A stretch of DNA of 64,000 nt from Desulfarculia bacterium (GTDB taxonomy: Bacteria; Desulfobacterota; Desulfarculia; G963662305), in the NCBI GenBank assembly GCA_963662305.1, contig OY759352.1:349035-413034 (forward strand), read 5' to 3'. The first letter of the stretch is position 1. Each line of letters begins with the position of its first letter. Under the pieces are notes generated by a model. That model made no database searches and had not been told where the DNA came from. It was given only the letters and a program-made list of their open reading frames with translations. Below are positions 27,741 to 36,853 of this stretch, piece by piece. Made by a program: the position numbers and the translations under genes.

Positions 27741-27886
27741 ATAACCGCCTTGGCTGATGATCGAAGACTGTTTCAATGAGGCGGGCGGAAAGCTCCCCCG
27801 GATGCCGACCGCCTGCCTTGGACGACCCTTCTGATGATCGCCGATTCCGGCCCCGGGATTAACCCGGAAGCCGGAAATGCGCTTGC

Positions 27887-29155
27887 TTATTTGGGAGCCA
27901 CGAATTTACCCGTGGCCATGGCATCGGGGTAGATGGAGATGATCTGGCCGCCCATGTACTGGGTCACCGGGAAGAAGTAGTGATCCGGGCCCAGAACCGG
28001 ATCGGGGTTGGTCTCGGGAGTGTACTTGTACTCCTTCATCATGATGATGCCGTCTTTTTGGGTAAAGGACATCTTGCCGGTGTAGACCTCCTCCACCAGG
28101 GTCTTGTGGATGGACTCGGAGTCCAGCTTGCCGTCCCGCTCAAAGGTTCTCTGCAAAACCTTGGTGAAGATGGTGAAGCCGTCGTAGGACAGACCCGAGG
28201 CCGGAGCGGAGGGTATGAAGCCGAACTTCTTCTCCTTGGCCGCGGCAAACTCCTTGGCCGCCTTGGTGGCGAACATGGTCTGAACGTCCAGGACCCCGTC
28301 CGAGGCGGCGCCCACCAGCTTGTACCAGTCGCCCACCCAGGACAGGCCGTTGGCAAAGAAGAGGGCCTGCTTGTTCAGGCCCACCTCGGCGTATTGCTTG
28401 ACCAGGCCGGTCATGGACGGGGCCGAGGTGGTGGTGCCGCCGATAAAGGAGACCCCGGATTTCTTCCACTTGGACAAAAGCGGGTAGAAATCGGTCTGCT
28501 TGAGGTCAAAATATTCCTCGCTGACGATCTCCCAGCCGTCGGCGGTCAGGGACTTTTTCAGGTTCTCGCCGGCGTTGCGGCCCCAGTCGGTCTCCTCGCC
28601 GAAGATGGCCGCCTTTTTGGCCTCGGGCTTCCACTGTCCGGCGTCCATGATGCTCTTCAGAAAAGAGGCCATGCCCTTGGCCTCCAGGCCGCCGGGTACG
28701 GGCCAGCCCTTGATTCCCCAGTAGGAATACTTTTTGGGGTCCTCGCGCCATTTGGTCACCACGGGCTGGGCCGCGCCCATGCCGTACATCCAGGGCACCT
28801 TGTACTGGGCGGCCAGGTCCATGCAGGCGATGGCCACGGATGAGTGCCAGTTGATGGCTCCGGCCACGATCCCCTTGCGCTCGCAAGCCTCGGCAAAGGC
28901 GGAGGTGGCCTTGGCCGGGTCGGACTGGGAGTCCACCCAGACTATCTCCAGGGTATAATCGCCGATCTTGCCGCCGATCTTTTCCATGACCATCTGAACC
29001 GAGGTCTTGAACTCGTTTCCAGCCTTGGCGGATGGCCCGGTAAAGGGACCCATGACCCCCACCTTCAGGACCTTTTCGGCCATGGCCTGGCCGGAGAAGA
29101 CAAAAAGTGAGATGGCGATGGCAAAGACCATCAGATAACGCGCTCTCCCGTTCAT
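27887..29155 (-). CDS. Periplasmic substrate-binding protein, LivK/Leu-Ile-Val-binding (type I PBP) family; ligand unknown
   Basis: Signal peptide MNGRARYLMVFAIAISLFVFSGQAMA then a type I periplasmic binding fold; ATG at 29155 preceded by GGAGG; first gene of the minus-strand operon. Confidence 0.8.
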   Translation of the reverse strand: MNGRARYLMVFAIAISLFVFSGQAMAEKVLKVGVMGPFTGPSAKAGNEFKTSVQMVMEKIGGKIGDYTLEIVWVDSQSDPAKATSAFAEACERKGIVAGAINWHSSVAIACMDLAAQYKVPWMYGMGAAQPVVTKWREDPKKYSYWGIKGWPVPGGLEAKGMASFLKSIMDAGQWKPEAKKAAIFGEETDWGRNAGENLKKSLTADGWEIVSEEYFDLKQTDFYPLLSKWKKSGVSFIGGTTTSAPSMTGLVKQYAEVGLNKQALFFANGLSWVGDWYKLVGAASDGVLDVQTMFATKAAKEFAAAKEKKFGFIPSAPASGLSYDGFTIFTKVLQRTFERDGKLDSESIHKTLVEEVYTGKMSFTQKDGIIMMKEYKYTPETNPDPVLGPDHYFFPVTQYMGGQIISIYPDAMATGKFVAPK

Positions 29156-29359
29156 AAAACCCTCCTTCTCTTGGTTATTCCCCAATAATACAATTAGTTT
29201 TTTGCATCACCCTCACCCAAAAACCAAGCCTCGCCTGTTCACCTCCTGTTCTGTACCGTCCAGGCCGGCGGCCTATCTGATTTTTTTAGAGTTCGACCCA
29301 GCAGGTGGAGGCCGGCCCGTGACCCGAATGGGCCGGCCTTGTAATTAAAAGTTAAAGTG

Positions 29360-30675
29360 TTAACCGTTAACCGAAAAACTTGAATCAGGGTTGATCTTCC
29401 GCTTGCGGGAGTAGAACCCCACATCGATGCTGTACCCGGTGTACTTCATCTTGAACTGGAGCGGATCCTTGTCGTGGTCCAGACCCTCTTTTTCCACCTG
29501 GTTGATCAATTCGGCCATCATGGCCCCCACCACCGGGGCGTTCTTGTACTGGTTGCCCGAGGTGCCGATGGCCAGGTAGAAACCGCCCAGATCGGTCTTG
29601 TCGTAGATGGGGATCCAATCGTCGGAGCAGTCGTACAGATCGGCTATCCCCAATTGCTTGTTGGGTATCTTCAGGGAGGGGATGCGCCTGGCCAGGCGGT
29701 AGACCTGGGCCTTGTACTGGGCGTCGGTTATGTTGCGGTTGAAGTTGTCCGGATCCGAGATCCACTCCTGTTTGTCGCAGTCCGGATCTTCGGAGCCCAC
29801 CAGGATCATGTTGCCCACCTCGGGCCGGAAATAGATGGAGTTGTCGCCGTCCGAGGTGTGGTACCCGTTGTTCAGAAAGTCGAACCCCTCGGGCGAGGGC
29901 ACATGATGGACTTCGTGGCGCAGGGCCTTGGTCTTGATGTTCATCCCCTCCAGAACGCCCTCGGCCATGGCATTGACCACAAAGGAGTGGGGCCCGGCCG
30001 CATTGACCACAATGGGCGCGTCGATCCGGGTTCCGTCCTTAAGGGTCACCCCGGCCACCCTGCCGTTTTCGGAGCGGATATCCACCACCTCGGCCTTGAA
30101 CATGAACTCGCCGCCCTTGTTTTCCGCGGCCCGCTGGAGATTGTGGGTGGAAAGCTGGGGTCGTTCACATACCCTCCGCCCGGGCAGAAAACGCAACCTT
30201 CCACCTCGCCCTTGGGTTCGGTGAAGTTGTCGTCCTCCTCGGGACGGGAGGGCGGCCAGAATTCACCGTGGGAGTAGATGGCGATATGTTTATCCAGATC
30301 GTCCAGGGTCCATTCTTCATATTCCACGCCTACTGCGTCGTAATGCTTGACCACCTTTTTCCAGTCGTGCCCCTTGGACTTGATCAGAATGGAGCCGGTG
30401 TTGCGGTACTCGGCCAAACCGCTTTCATCCTGGCATTCCAGGTAGGCGGCCCAGTCAGACCAGTATTTGAAGCCCTCGTAAGCCATGGCCACGCCGTCCT
30501 GGGTGGAGTAGTGGGCCCGGACAATGGCGCAGGAGTTGGAGGTGGAACCGTATCCGCTGGTGGGAAGTTTGTCGATGTTGAGCGTCTTGTAGCCTTTTTT
30601 AGCCAGTTCAAACCCGATGGAAGCCCCGATGATCCCAGCGCCGATGATTACGGCGTCGTACTTCTTGTTTGCCAT
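29360..30675 (-). pseudogene. FAD-dependent oxidoreductase (DadA/sarcosine-oxidase-beta-like) interrupted by a frameshift at a C4 run (~30160)
   Basis: N-terminal ORF 30046-30675 (MANKKYDAVIIGAGIIG...GGGYVNDP) and C-terminal ORF 29360-30196 (...QLSTHNLQRAAENKGGEFMFKAEVV...) are consecutive parts of one DAO-family protein in different frames; adding one C to gaCCCCag restores a continuous reading frame. Confidence 0.7.
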
Positions 30676-30772
30676 TTGTCTCTCCTGATATTTTCATGGA
30701 GCCGCAACCTGCGGCTTTCTTCTGCTAATCCCATCCTGGACCGTCCCCACCTGAATCCAGGCCCGGCGGCTA

Positions 30773-31411
30773 TCAGAACACCTTGGATAGAAAGCCCCTG
30801 GTGTGCTGGAAATTCTCCCTCATCAACAGCTCCACCCGGTCTCCTTCGCCGGCCCGCATGGCCTCCACGATCCGCAGATGCTCGGCCATGGAATTCCGGA
30901 TTCTCTCCTGGGACTCGAAGCTGCCGGCCAGAATCTTGTTCATCCTCAACGTGTCATAAAGATTCTTGATCATGTCGATGAGCCGGGTCATGCCGCAGGC
31001 CTGGACGATGTCGCTGTGGAACAGCCGGTCCGCCTCGGTGTAATCCAGCCTCCCCTTTTCATAATCTTCCATGTACCCGGCCAACCGGTCTATCTGCTCC
31101 GGGGTAACCCGCTCCGTGGCCAGGCGGGCGGCCAGGCTCTCCAAAGCCTCCCTGATAAGGAGAATCTCCAGGGCCTCCTCCTTGTTCCATTGCCTGACGA
31201 ACGCTCCCCGGCGGGGAATGATCTCGATCAAGCCTTCCTTGGACAACTGGTTCAGGGCCTCCCTGATGGGGGTCCGGCTGACCGCCAGATCCCGGACCAG
31301 ATCGGCCTCCTTCAACCTGGTTCCCGGCGCCAGGTCGCCGCTGGCGATACCGTTCCTCAAGATTTTGTACACTTCGCCTTTTAAGTCCCTTACCGTTTCT
31401 ATCTTCTTCAT
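30773..31411 (-). CDS. GntR-family transcriptional regulator (FadR/FCD subfamily), copy 1
   Basis: winged HTH ...DLAVSRTPIREALNQLSKEGLIE plus FCD C-terminal domain; ATG at 31411 with GGAGG RBS. The longer ORF to 31483 is probably a 5' extension. Confidence 0.8.
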   Translation of the reverse strand: MKKIETVRDLKGEVYKILRNGIASGDLAPGTRLKEADLVRDLAVSRTPIREALNQLSKEGLIEIIPRRGAFVRQWNKEEALEILLIREALESLAARLATERVTPEQIDRLAGYMEDYEKGRLDYTEADRLFHSDIVQACGMTRLIDMIKNLYDTLRMNKILAGSFESQERIRNSMAEHLRIVEAMRAGEGDRVELLMRENFQHTRGFLSKVF

Positions 31412-31544
31412 GAGCGCAGAAAGGGTACCTCCTTGTATCTGGACGGCATTGAGCCCCTTGGTCGATGCCTGGGTTAATTTCAAAATAGAACTTGGTTATG
31501 CAGAGGATCTACTTATTGTATATGTATACGCATACACTCGGGCC

Positions 31545-31556
31545 GACTGTCAACCC
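31545..31556. promoter_or_regulatory. Candidate GntR operator motif GACTGTCAACCC (shared with 33487-33498)
   Basis: Identical 12-mer found upstream of both GntR genes; it contains the GntR-type half-palindrome TGAC.GTCA; a third partial copy CTGTCAAC lies at 31746-31753. Confidence 0.4.
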
Positions 31557-31748
31557 CCAATTTCGCTCTACCTGCAATAATTTCCCAAGCGGCTGTCCGA
31601 AAAGAATCCCGGTGGCCCACCCTGGATAATCGGCTACAATCTTGGATCCAGGTTTATATTTTTGACCCGTATTGATGGTGCCACAGCCGGGATAACCCTT
31701 CCCGGCCGCCATTCTTATCGCCTTTGGCCTCTACCGCGTCCCGGCCTG

Positions 31749-32651
31749 TCAACTGCCGGAACAGGCACCGCGGTAGACCCCCAATTCCTCCCTGGCAAAC
31801 CTTATGCTCTCCCGGACCGCCGCATATTCCAGGCGGCGGGCCTCGTCCTTGTCCCCTGTCCCGGGGTCGAACTCCACCTCCAGGTTGAGGCGCTCCATGG
31901 CCGGGTTGGCCCTGATAATCCGATAGGCCTCCCGCATGGGCACATCCCCGGCGCCGCAAGCCACGCCGGTGATGCGGCAACCGTAGGGTTCAAACTCGAT
32001 GCGGTGGTCTGAAAAATGGTTGGTGAAAGCCACCGGGGCCAGTTTGCGGATGGCGGTCAAGGGATCCTCGCCCACCATCAGGGAGTTGTTGGTATCCACA
32101 CAGGCCCCCACAAAGGCATGGTTGACCCGGTTGATTATCCACAGCACCTCGTCGGCAAAGGCCTCGGTATGGTTCTCCAAGCAGAGCCGGACCCCGGCCT
32201 TTTGGGCCAGGGGCGCGGCTTTAGCGACCTTGCGGGCCACCTCCTCGAACTGGCCCAGCAGGTCCGGGTGAAAGGCCGAGTTGCAGACTGGATGGGGCCG
32301 GTGGATGTCCATGCTGATCTTGCCGATGTCCGAACCGATGGCGTGGGCGATCTCGATGCCCTGTTCCACCGTGTGGATCAGACGCTCGTCGTAAGAGGAA
32401 GCGTCCAGGGAGAAATTGTATTCCAGAAACAACCCCCGGTCGGCGGCGGCCTTTTTCACGTCGTTGAGGTGGGCCGAGTCCAGCCTGCCCAGATCCACGG
32501 CGGTGAGGTGGAGTCCGTCCAGATCCAGGTCGAGGGCCTCGTCCATGAGCCCGTAGATATCCCAGACCTGTTCCCAGTCCAGCTCGAACCCGCCCCAGTT
32601 CTGACCCATGCCGTGAAGGTGGAAACTGTAGGTATGCAACCCCAGGAGCAT
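31749..32651 (-). CDS. Sugar phosphate isomerase/epimerase (xylose-isomerase-like TIM barrel) family protein
   Basis: 300 aa; ...CLENH... metal-binding motif and overall AP-endonuclease-2/xylose-isomerase-like TIM-barrel signature. Confidence 0.65.
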   Translation of the reverse strand: MLLGLHTYSFHLHGMGQNWGGFELDWEQVWDIYGLMDEALDLDLDGLHLTAVDLGRLDSAHLNDVKKAAADRGLFLEYNFSLDASSYDERLIHTVEQGIEIAHAIGSDIGKISMDIHRPHPVCNSAFHPDLLGQFEEVARKVAKAAPLAQKAGVRLCLENHTEAFADEVLWIINRVNHAFVGACVDTNNSLMVGEDPLTAIRKLAPVAFTNHFSDHRIEFEPYGCRITGVACGAGDVPMREAYRIIRANPAMERLNLEVEFDPGTGDKDEARRLEYAAVRESIRFAREELGVYRGACSGS

Positions 32652-32710
32652 AACCCTTCCCCCCTGCCCTGACAGACATCGCTCTGCGGAAAAGCGCTAT
32701 TGCCGGCGGA

Positions 32711-33424
32711 TCAGAGTTCCTCCAGCGTCTCTGCGATATCCGTGCTGACCACGTTCAGATGTTCGCTCATGGCCCCGGCCGCTTCCTCGGAGCTGCCCGC
32801 CCCCACCGCGGCAGCCACCTTTCTGGCCGTGTTCAAACATTCCTGCTTCTCCCCCGAGAAGCCCAAAAAGTCGTCCCGATCCCGGACTATTTTAGTCCAC
32901 AAGAGATTCATGATCTCCATGAGCACCGCATTGTTGGAGGCCCTGGCCAGGGCCTGATGGAACTCCAGATCAGCCTTGTAGAAACCGGCCTTCTGGTCCA
33001 CCAGAGCCGACATCTTCATCACCGCCCGGTCAAGGGCGGCTGTCTGGGTGGAATCGGCTCGGGTCGCGGCCAGGGAGGCGGCCTTGCACTCCAGCACGTT
33101 TCTGATGTCCACCAGATCCAGAGAATCCACGGCAATAAAGGCCTGGTTGAGCCGGTCCGTGGAAAGGTCCTCGTCCGGGATGTTCTCTTTTAAAAAAGCT
33201 CCCTTGCCCTGATAGACATCCAGGTAGCCCATCAGGGTCAGAGCCCGGGCGGCCTCCCGGACCGAAGACCTGCAGACCCCGAACATCTCGGCCAGTTCTC
33301 TTTCCGGCGGCAATTTCTGGCCCGGCCCCAAGACTCCCTCTCGGACCTGTTCCAGTATCTGCTCGACAATCATCTCGGATGAGGTGGTTTTGTTAATCTT
33401 TTGGAATTTCATCTTATTTCGCAT
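32711..33424 (-). CDS. GntR-family transcriptional regulator (FadR/FCD subfamily), copy 2 (start uncertain: 33373, 33412 or 33424)
   Basis: HTH ...PPERELAEMFGVCRSSVREAARALTLMGYL plus FCD domain; the ORF track extends to 33484 with an unlikely N-terminal extension. Confidence 0.75.
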   Translation of the reverse strand: MRNKMKFQKINKTTSSEMIVEQILEQVREGVLGPGQKLPPERELAEMFGVCRSSVREAARALTLMGYLDVYQGKGAFLKENIPDEDLSTDRLNQAFIAVDSLDLVDIRNVLECKAASLAATRADSTQTAALDRAVMKMSALVDQKAGFYKADLEFHQALARASNNAVLMEIMNLLWTKIVRDRDDFLGFSGEKQECLNTARKVAAAVGAGSSEEAAGAMSEHLNVVSTDIAETLEEL

Positions 33425-33484
33425 TTTGGTTCCAGTATTAGATTCATTTTCCAGGTTATCCACATCAACTACCATCATTTTCAA

Positions 33485-33498
33485 TTGACTGTCAACCC
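33485..33498. promoter_or_regulatory. Palindromic operator candidate TTGACTGTCAA/GACTGTCAACCC in the divergent promoter region
   Basis: Perfect 5-1-5 palindrome TTGAC-T-GTCAA; the same 12-mer as at 31545; AT-rich divergent intergenic region between GntR-2 and the FAD oxidoreductase. Confidence 0.45.
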
Positions 33499-33646
33499 TA
33501 TTCCCTGCTATCCGATTAAGTATGCCATCAACTTAGCTGCTTGTCCTACCAATTTTTATAGAGGCTTGAAAAAGGCTATATTGGGGCAGGGTCGCCTTTC
33601 GAACAAAATAGAGAATCCGGTTTTTTAAAAGCTTGAGAGGGCTGTC

Positions 33647-34846
33647 ATGAGAAAGATATATCTACCTGAGCCAAAAGACAGAACAGCCGACGCGGTGGTC
33701 ATCGGAGGGGGCATTGTGGGCGTGGCCACCGCCTTCTGGCTGTCCCGTGCCGGGCTGGACACCGTCTGTCTGGAGGCTCGGGAGGGGCTCTCCACCCTGA
33801 CCACGGCCGCCTCGGCCGAGTGTTTCCGGGCCCAGTTCACCGAGTCGGCCCTGGCCCCCATCGCCAAGGAATCAATCGAGATATTCGAAAATTTCGAGGA
33901 GTTCACCGGGGTGGCCGGGATAGACCTGGGGCTCCACCAGCAGGGTTATTTTTTCGTTACCGACCGGGAGGAGATGCTGCCCGAGTTGGAGGCCTCGGTG
34001 GCCCGCCAGCACGAACTGGGGGTGACCGACTCGGAGGTTCTCCTGGGCGCGGAGCTCAAAAAGAAGTTCCCCTTTTTGGGTGATTCCGCCAAGGGCGCCA
34101 CCTTCCGCCAAAAGGACGGCTGGCTCTCCTGCCACGAACTGACCCAGGGGTTTGCCAAGGGCTCCACGGCCAGGTTTTTCGTAAAGACCAAGGCCGTGGG
34201 GATAGTCCTGGAAGGGGGCAGGGTCGCGGCGGTGGAGACGGACCGGGGCCGCATCTCCACCCGGGTGGTGGTAAACGCGGCTGGTCCGTTCGCCGGCCCC
34301 ATCGGTCGCATGGCCGGACTGGAGTTGCCCTTGGAGCCGGTGCGGCGGCAAAAGGTCTTTATCGCCACTCCGGCGGCCCCCGATTACGCCCCCTTTACCG
34401 TGGACCTGATCAACGGCTCCTACTGGAGGCCCGAGACCGGGGGAGCCCTGCTGGGCTGGGTCGACCCGGACGAACCGGTCAGCGAGCCCATGGAAAACCC
34501 CGCCGGAGACTGGGATTTCCCGGCCATCTGCCTGGACAAGTGCGCCCGGTTGAGCCCCTTTTGGCTGGATGTGGCCGAGGGCCTGAAAAAGAGCGACGTC
34601 ACGGTCTCGGCCGGACAGTACGTCTACACCCCGGACAGCCAGCCCATTATCGGGCCGGTCAAGGAGGTGGAGGGGCTCCATCTCAACTGCGGCTACTGGA
34701 TGGGGGTCATGGTCTCCCCGGTGGTGGGCCGGATCTGCGCCGAGATCATCACCGGGAAGATGGACAATAGGGACAATCCCTTGCGGCTCAGCCGGTTTGA
34801 GGAGGGCATTGAACCGGAGAAAGGCGCTTTTTTAAGCGGTCACTGA
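33647..34846 (+). CDS. FAD-dependent oxidoreductase (DadA / sarcosine oxidase beta-like)
   Basis: ADAVVIGGGIVGVATAFWLSRAG (GxGxxG) and DAO-fold throughout; 399 aa. Confidence 0.8.
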   Translation: MRKIYLPEPKDRTADAVVIGGGIVGVATAFWLSRAGLDTVCLEAREGLSTLTTAASAECFRAQFTESALAPIAKESIEIFENFEEFTGVAGIDLGLHQQGYFFVTDREEMLPELEASVARQHELGVTDSEVLLGAELKKKFPFLGDSAKGATFRQKDGWLSCHELTQGFAKGSTARFFVKTKAVGIVLEGGRVAAVETDRGRISTRVVVNAAGPFAGPIGRMAGLELPLEPVRRQKVFIATPAAPDYAPFTVDLINGSYWRPETGGALLGWVDPDEPVSEPMENPAGDWDFPAICLDKCARLSPFWLDVAEGLKKSDVTVSAGQYVYTPDSQPIIGPVKEVEGLHLNCGYWMGVMVSPVVGRICAEIITGKMDNRDNPLRLSRFEEGIEPEKGAFLSGH

Positions 34847-35036
34847 AATCAATGGGAGGAGACAGGGTCGGGTTTCCCTTGGGGAAGGAGCTTTCCGGGG
34901 CAAGAACACGGTTTCGCCCCGGCTGAAAATTTACGGCGCCGGCGGGTCGTTTCCGGGCCGTTGCGAGCGGTTCTCAAACCCACGGATACCTTGAGAACCG
35001 TTTCATGATCAAACATCGGGGGCTTAGGGGGGTTGA

Positions 35037-36458
35037 ATGTTTGAGCGGATGCATACCTTCGGCAAAAAGGAGATGGCCTGTGTTCACGACACCGCCATGG
35101 CCATTCTGGACAAGGTGGGAATCGCTTTTCACGACCCGGAGGCTGTGGAGATTTTTAAAAAACACGGGGCCAGGGTGGATGGGGTTAAGGTTTTCCCCCA
35201 GGAGAGCCTAGTCCAAAAGGCCCTGTCCACAGCTCCTCCGGCCTTCACCCTGACCGCCCGGGACCCGGCCAAATCGGCCCGCCTGGGGGGGCCTGATTTC
35301 GCCCTGGTCCCGGGTTACGGGGCGCCCTTCATCATCACCCCGGAAGGGGAGAAGCGCAACGGAACCCTGGAGGACTACGACAACTTCTGCAAGCTGGTCC
35401 AGACCTCACCCTATTTGGACATGAACGGCTTCCTGATGGTGGAACCGTCCGACATCCCCAAGGAGAGCGCCTACCTGGATATGATGCTCTCCAACATCCT
35501 GCTCTGCGACAAACCTTTCATGGGCGCGCCCCTCTCCCGCCGGGCCGCGGCCCAGGCCGTGGAGATGGCGGCCCTAACCTTCGGCGGCCTGGAATTCATT
35601 AAGGAGCACCCGGTCATGCTGCCGGTGACCAGCATCATCGCCCCCCTGCGCTACTCCGAGGAGATGGCCGGCTCCATCATCGAATTCGCCCGGGCCGGGC
35701 AACCGGTCCTGGCCGCCAGTCTGGTCATGGGCGGCTCCTCCGGGCCGGTCACCCTGTCCGGGCTGCTGGCTTTGCAGAACGCCGAGATTCTGGCCGGGAT
35801 GGCCCTCTCCCAGCTGATCCGGCCCGGAGCGCCCTTCATCTACGGCTCCTCCTCCTGCCCCATGGACATGCAAACCGGGGCTCTGGCCATGGGCGCCCCG
35901 GAGACCATGGTCATCATCGCCGCCACGGCCCAGATGGGACAATTCTACAACCTGCCCACCCGGGGGGGCGGTACTCAGACCGACGCCCACCTGACCGATT
36001 ACCAGGCCGGGGTGGAGGCGGCCCTGAACCTGCTCACCACCATCCGCAGCGGGATCAACTTCGTGCTTCACGCGGCCGGAATCCTGGACTCCTACGCCTC
36101 CATGAGCTTCGAAAAATTTCTTTTGGACGACGAACTGTGCGGTATGGTCAAACGAATGATCAGGCCCGTGGATTTCTCTGAGGAGGCCCTTGACCTGGAG
36201 ACCATAAAAAAGGTGGGCGTGGGCGGCCAGTTCCTGACCCAGCCCAAGACCTTCCGGCTCTGCCGGACCGAGTTTTTCACCCCCCGGCTGATGATCCGTC
36301 AGAGCCGCGGCAACTGGGACCAGGAGGGCCGCCCGGACGCGGCCCAAAGGGCTGCGTCCGAGCTGGAGAGACGGCTGGAGAGCTACGTCAGGCCGGACAT
36401 TGAGCCGGCCTTGGAAAAGGACCTCAGACTTTACGTGGAAGACCGGAAGAAAGGGTGA
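35037..36458 (+). CDS. MttB-superfamily (non-pyrrolysine) methyltransferase, copy 2
   Basis: 473 aa; ~55% identical to copy 1 (19469-20881) over its full length; no amber codon. Confidence 0.8.
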   Translation: MFERMHTFGKKEMACVHDTAMAILDKVGIAFHDPEAVEIFKKHGARVDGVKVFPQESLVQKALSTAPPAFTLTARDPAKSARLGGPDFALVPGYGAPFIITPEGEKRNGTLEDYDNFCKLVQTSPYLDMNGFLMVEPSDIPKESAYLDMMLSNILLCDKPFMGAPLSRRAAAQAVEMAALTFGGLEFIKEHPVMLPVTSIIAPLRYSEEMAGSIIEFARAGQPVLAASLVMGGSSGPVTLSGLLALQNAEILAGMALSQLIRPGAPFIYGSSSCPMDMQTGALAMGAPETMVIIAATAQMGQFYNLPTRGGGTQTDAHLTDYQAGVEAALNLLTTIRSGINFVLHAAGILDSYASMSFEKFLLDDELCGMVKRMIRPVDFSEEALDLETIKKVGVGGQFLTQPKTFRLCRTEFFTPRLMIRQSRGNWDQEGRPDAAQRAASELERRLESYVRPDIEPALEKDLRLYVEDRKKG

Positions 36459-36853
36459 AGCCGGTGGTTCTGAAAGCCATACATGACAGATGCTCCGGGT
36501 GTCGGGCCTGCCTTCTGGCCTGCAGCCTGGATAATTTCAGGGAGATGACCGTCTCCAAGGCGGCCCTGGGCATCCAGGGCCGCTTCCCGGCGCCGGGTGA
36601 TTACCGGGTCCTGCTGTGCGACCAGTGCGGGGCCTGCGCCGAGGCCTGCCCCACCGAGGCCATCCGGGAGACCGAGGGACGCTACCTCATCGACCACGAC
36701 CTGTGCATGGGCTGCCTCTCCTGCGTGGAGGCCTGCCCCAAGGGGGTGATGTTCGCCCATCCCAGCCTGGACGAGCCCATCAAGTGCACCCTCTGCGGGG
36801 CCTGCGTGGCCATCTGTCCCCGGGGGGCCTTGGTCTTGGAAAGGAGGGCTTAG
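36455..36853 (+). CDS. Poly-[4Fe-4S] ferredoxin
   Basis: 132 aa with four CxxCxxCxxxCP-type motifs (CSGCRACLLACS, CDQCGACAEACP, CMGCLSCVEACP, CTLCGACVAICP); start overlaps the mttB-2 stop. Confidence 0.85.
   Translation: MKPVVLKAIHDRCSGCRACLLACSLDNFREMTVSKAALGIQGRFPAPGDYRVLLCDQCGACAEACPTEAIRETEGRYLIDHDLCMGCLSCVEACPKGVMFAHPSLDEPIKCTLCGACVAICPRGALVLERRA

Noticed and set aside
29186-29359. Hairpins GGCCGGCGGCC+T7 and GGCCGGCCC-N11-GGGCCGGCC between livK-like and the FAD oxidoreductase pseudogene as terminators
   Set aside because: The T-tract lies on the plus strand while both flanking genes are on the minus strand, and on the minus strand neither hairpin is followed by a U-run. The orientation is inconsistent with a terminator for the neighbouring genes; possibly a promoter-region structure, so not called.
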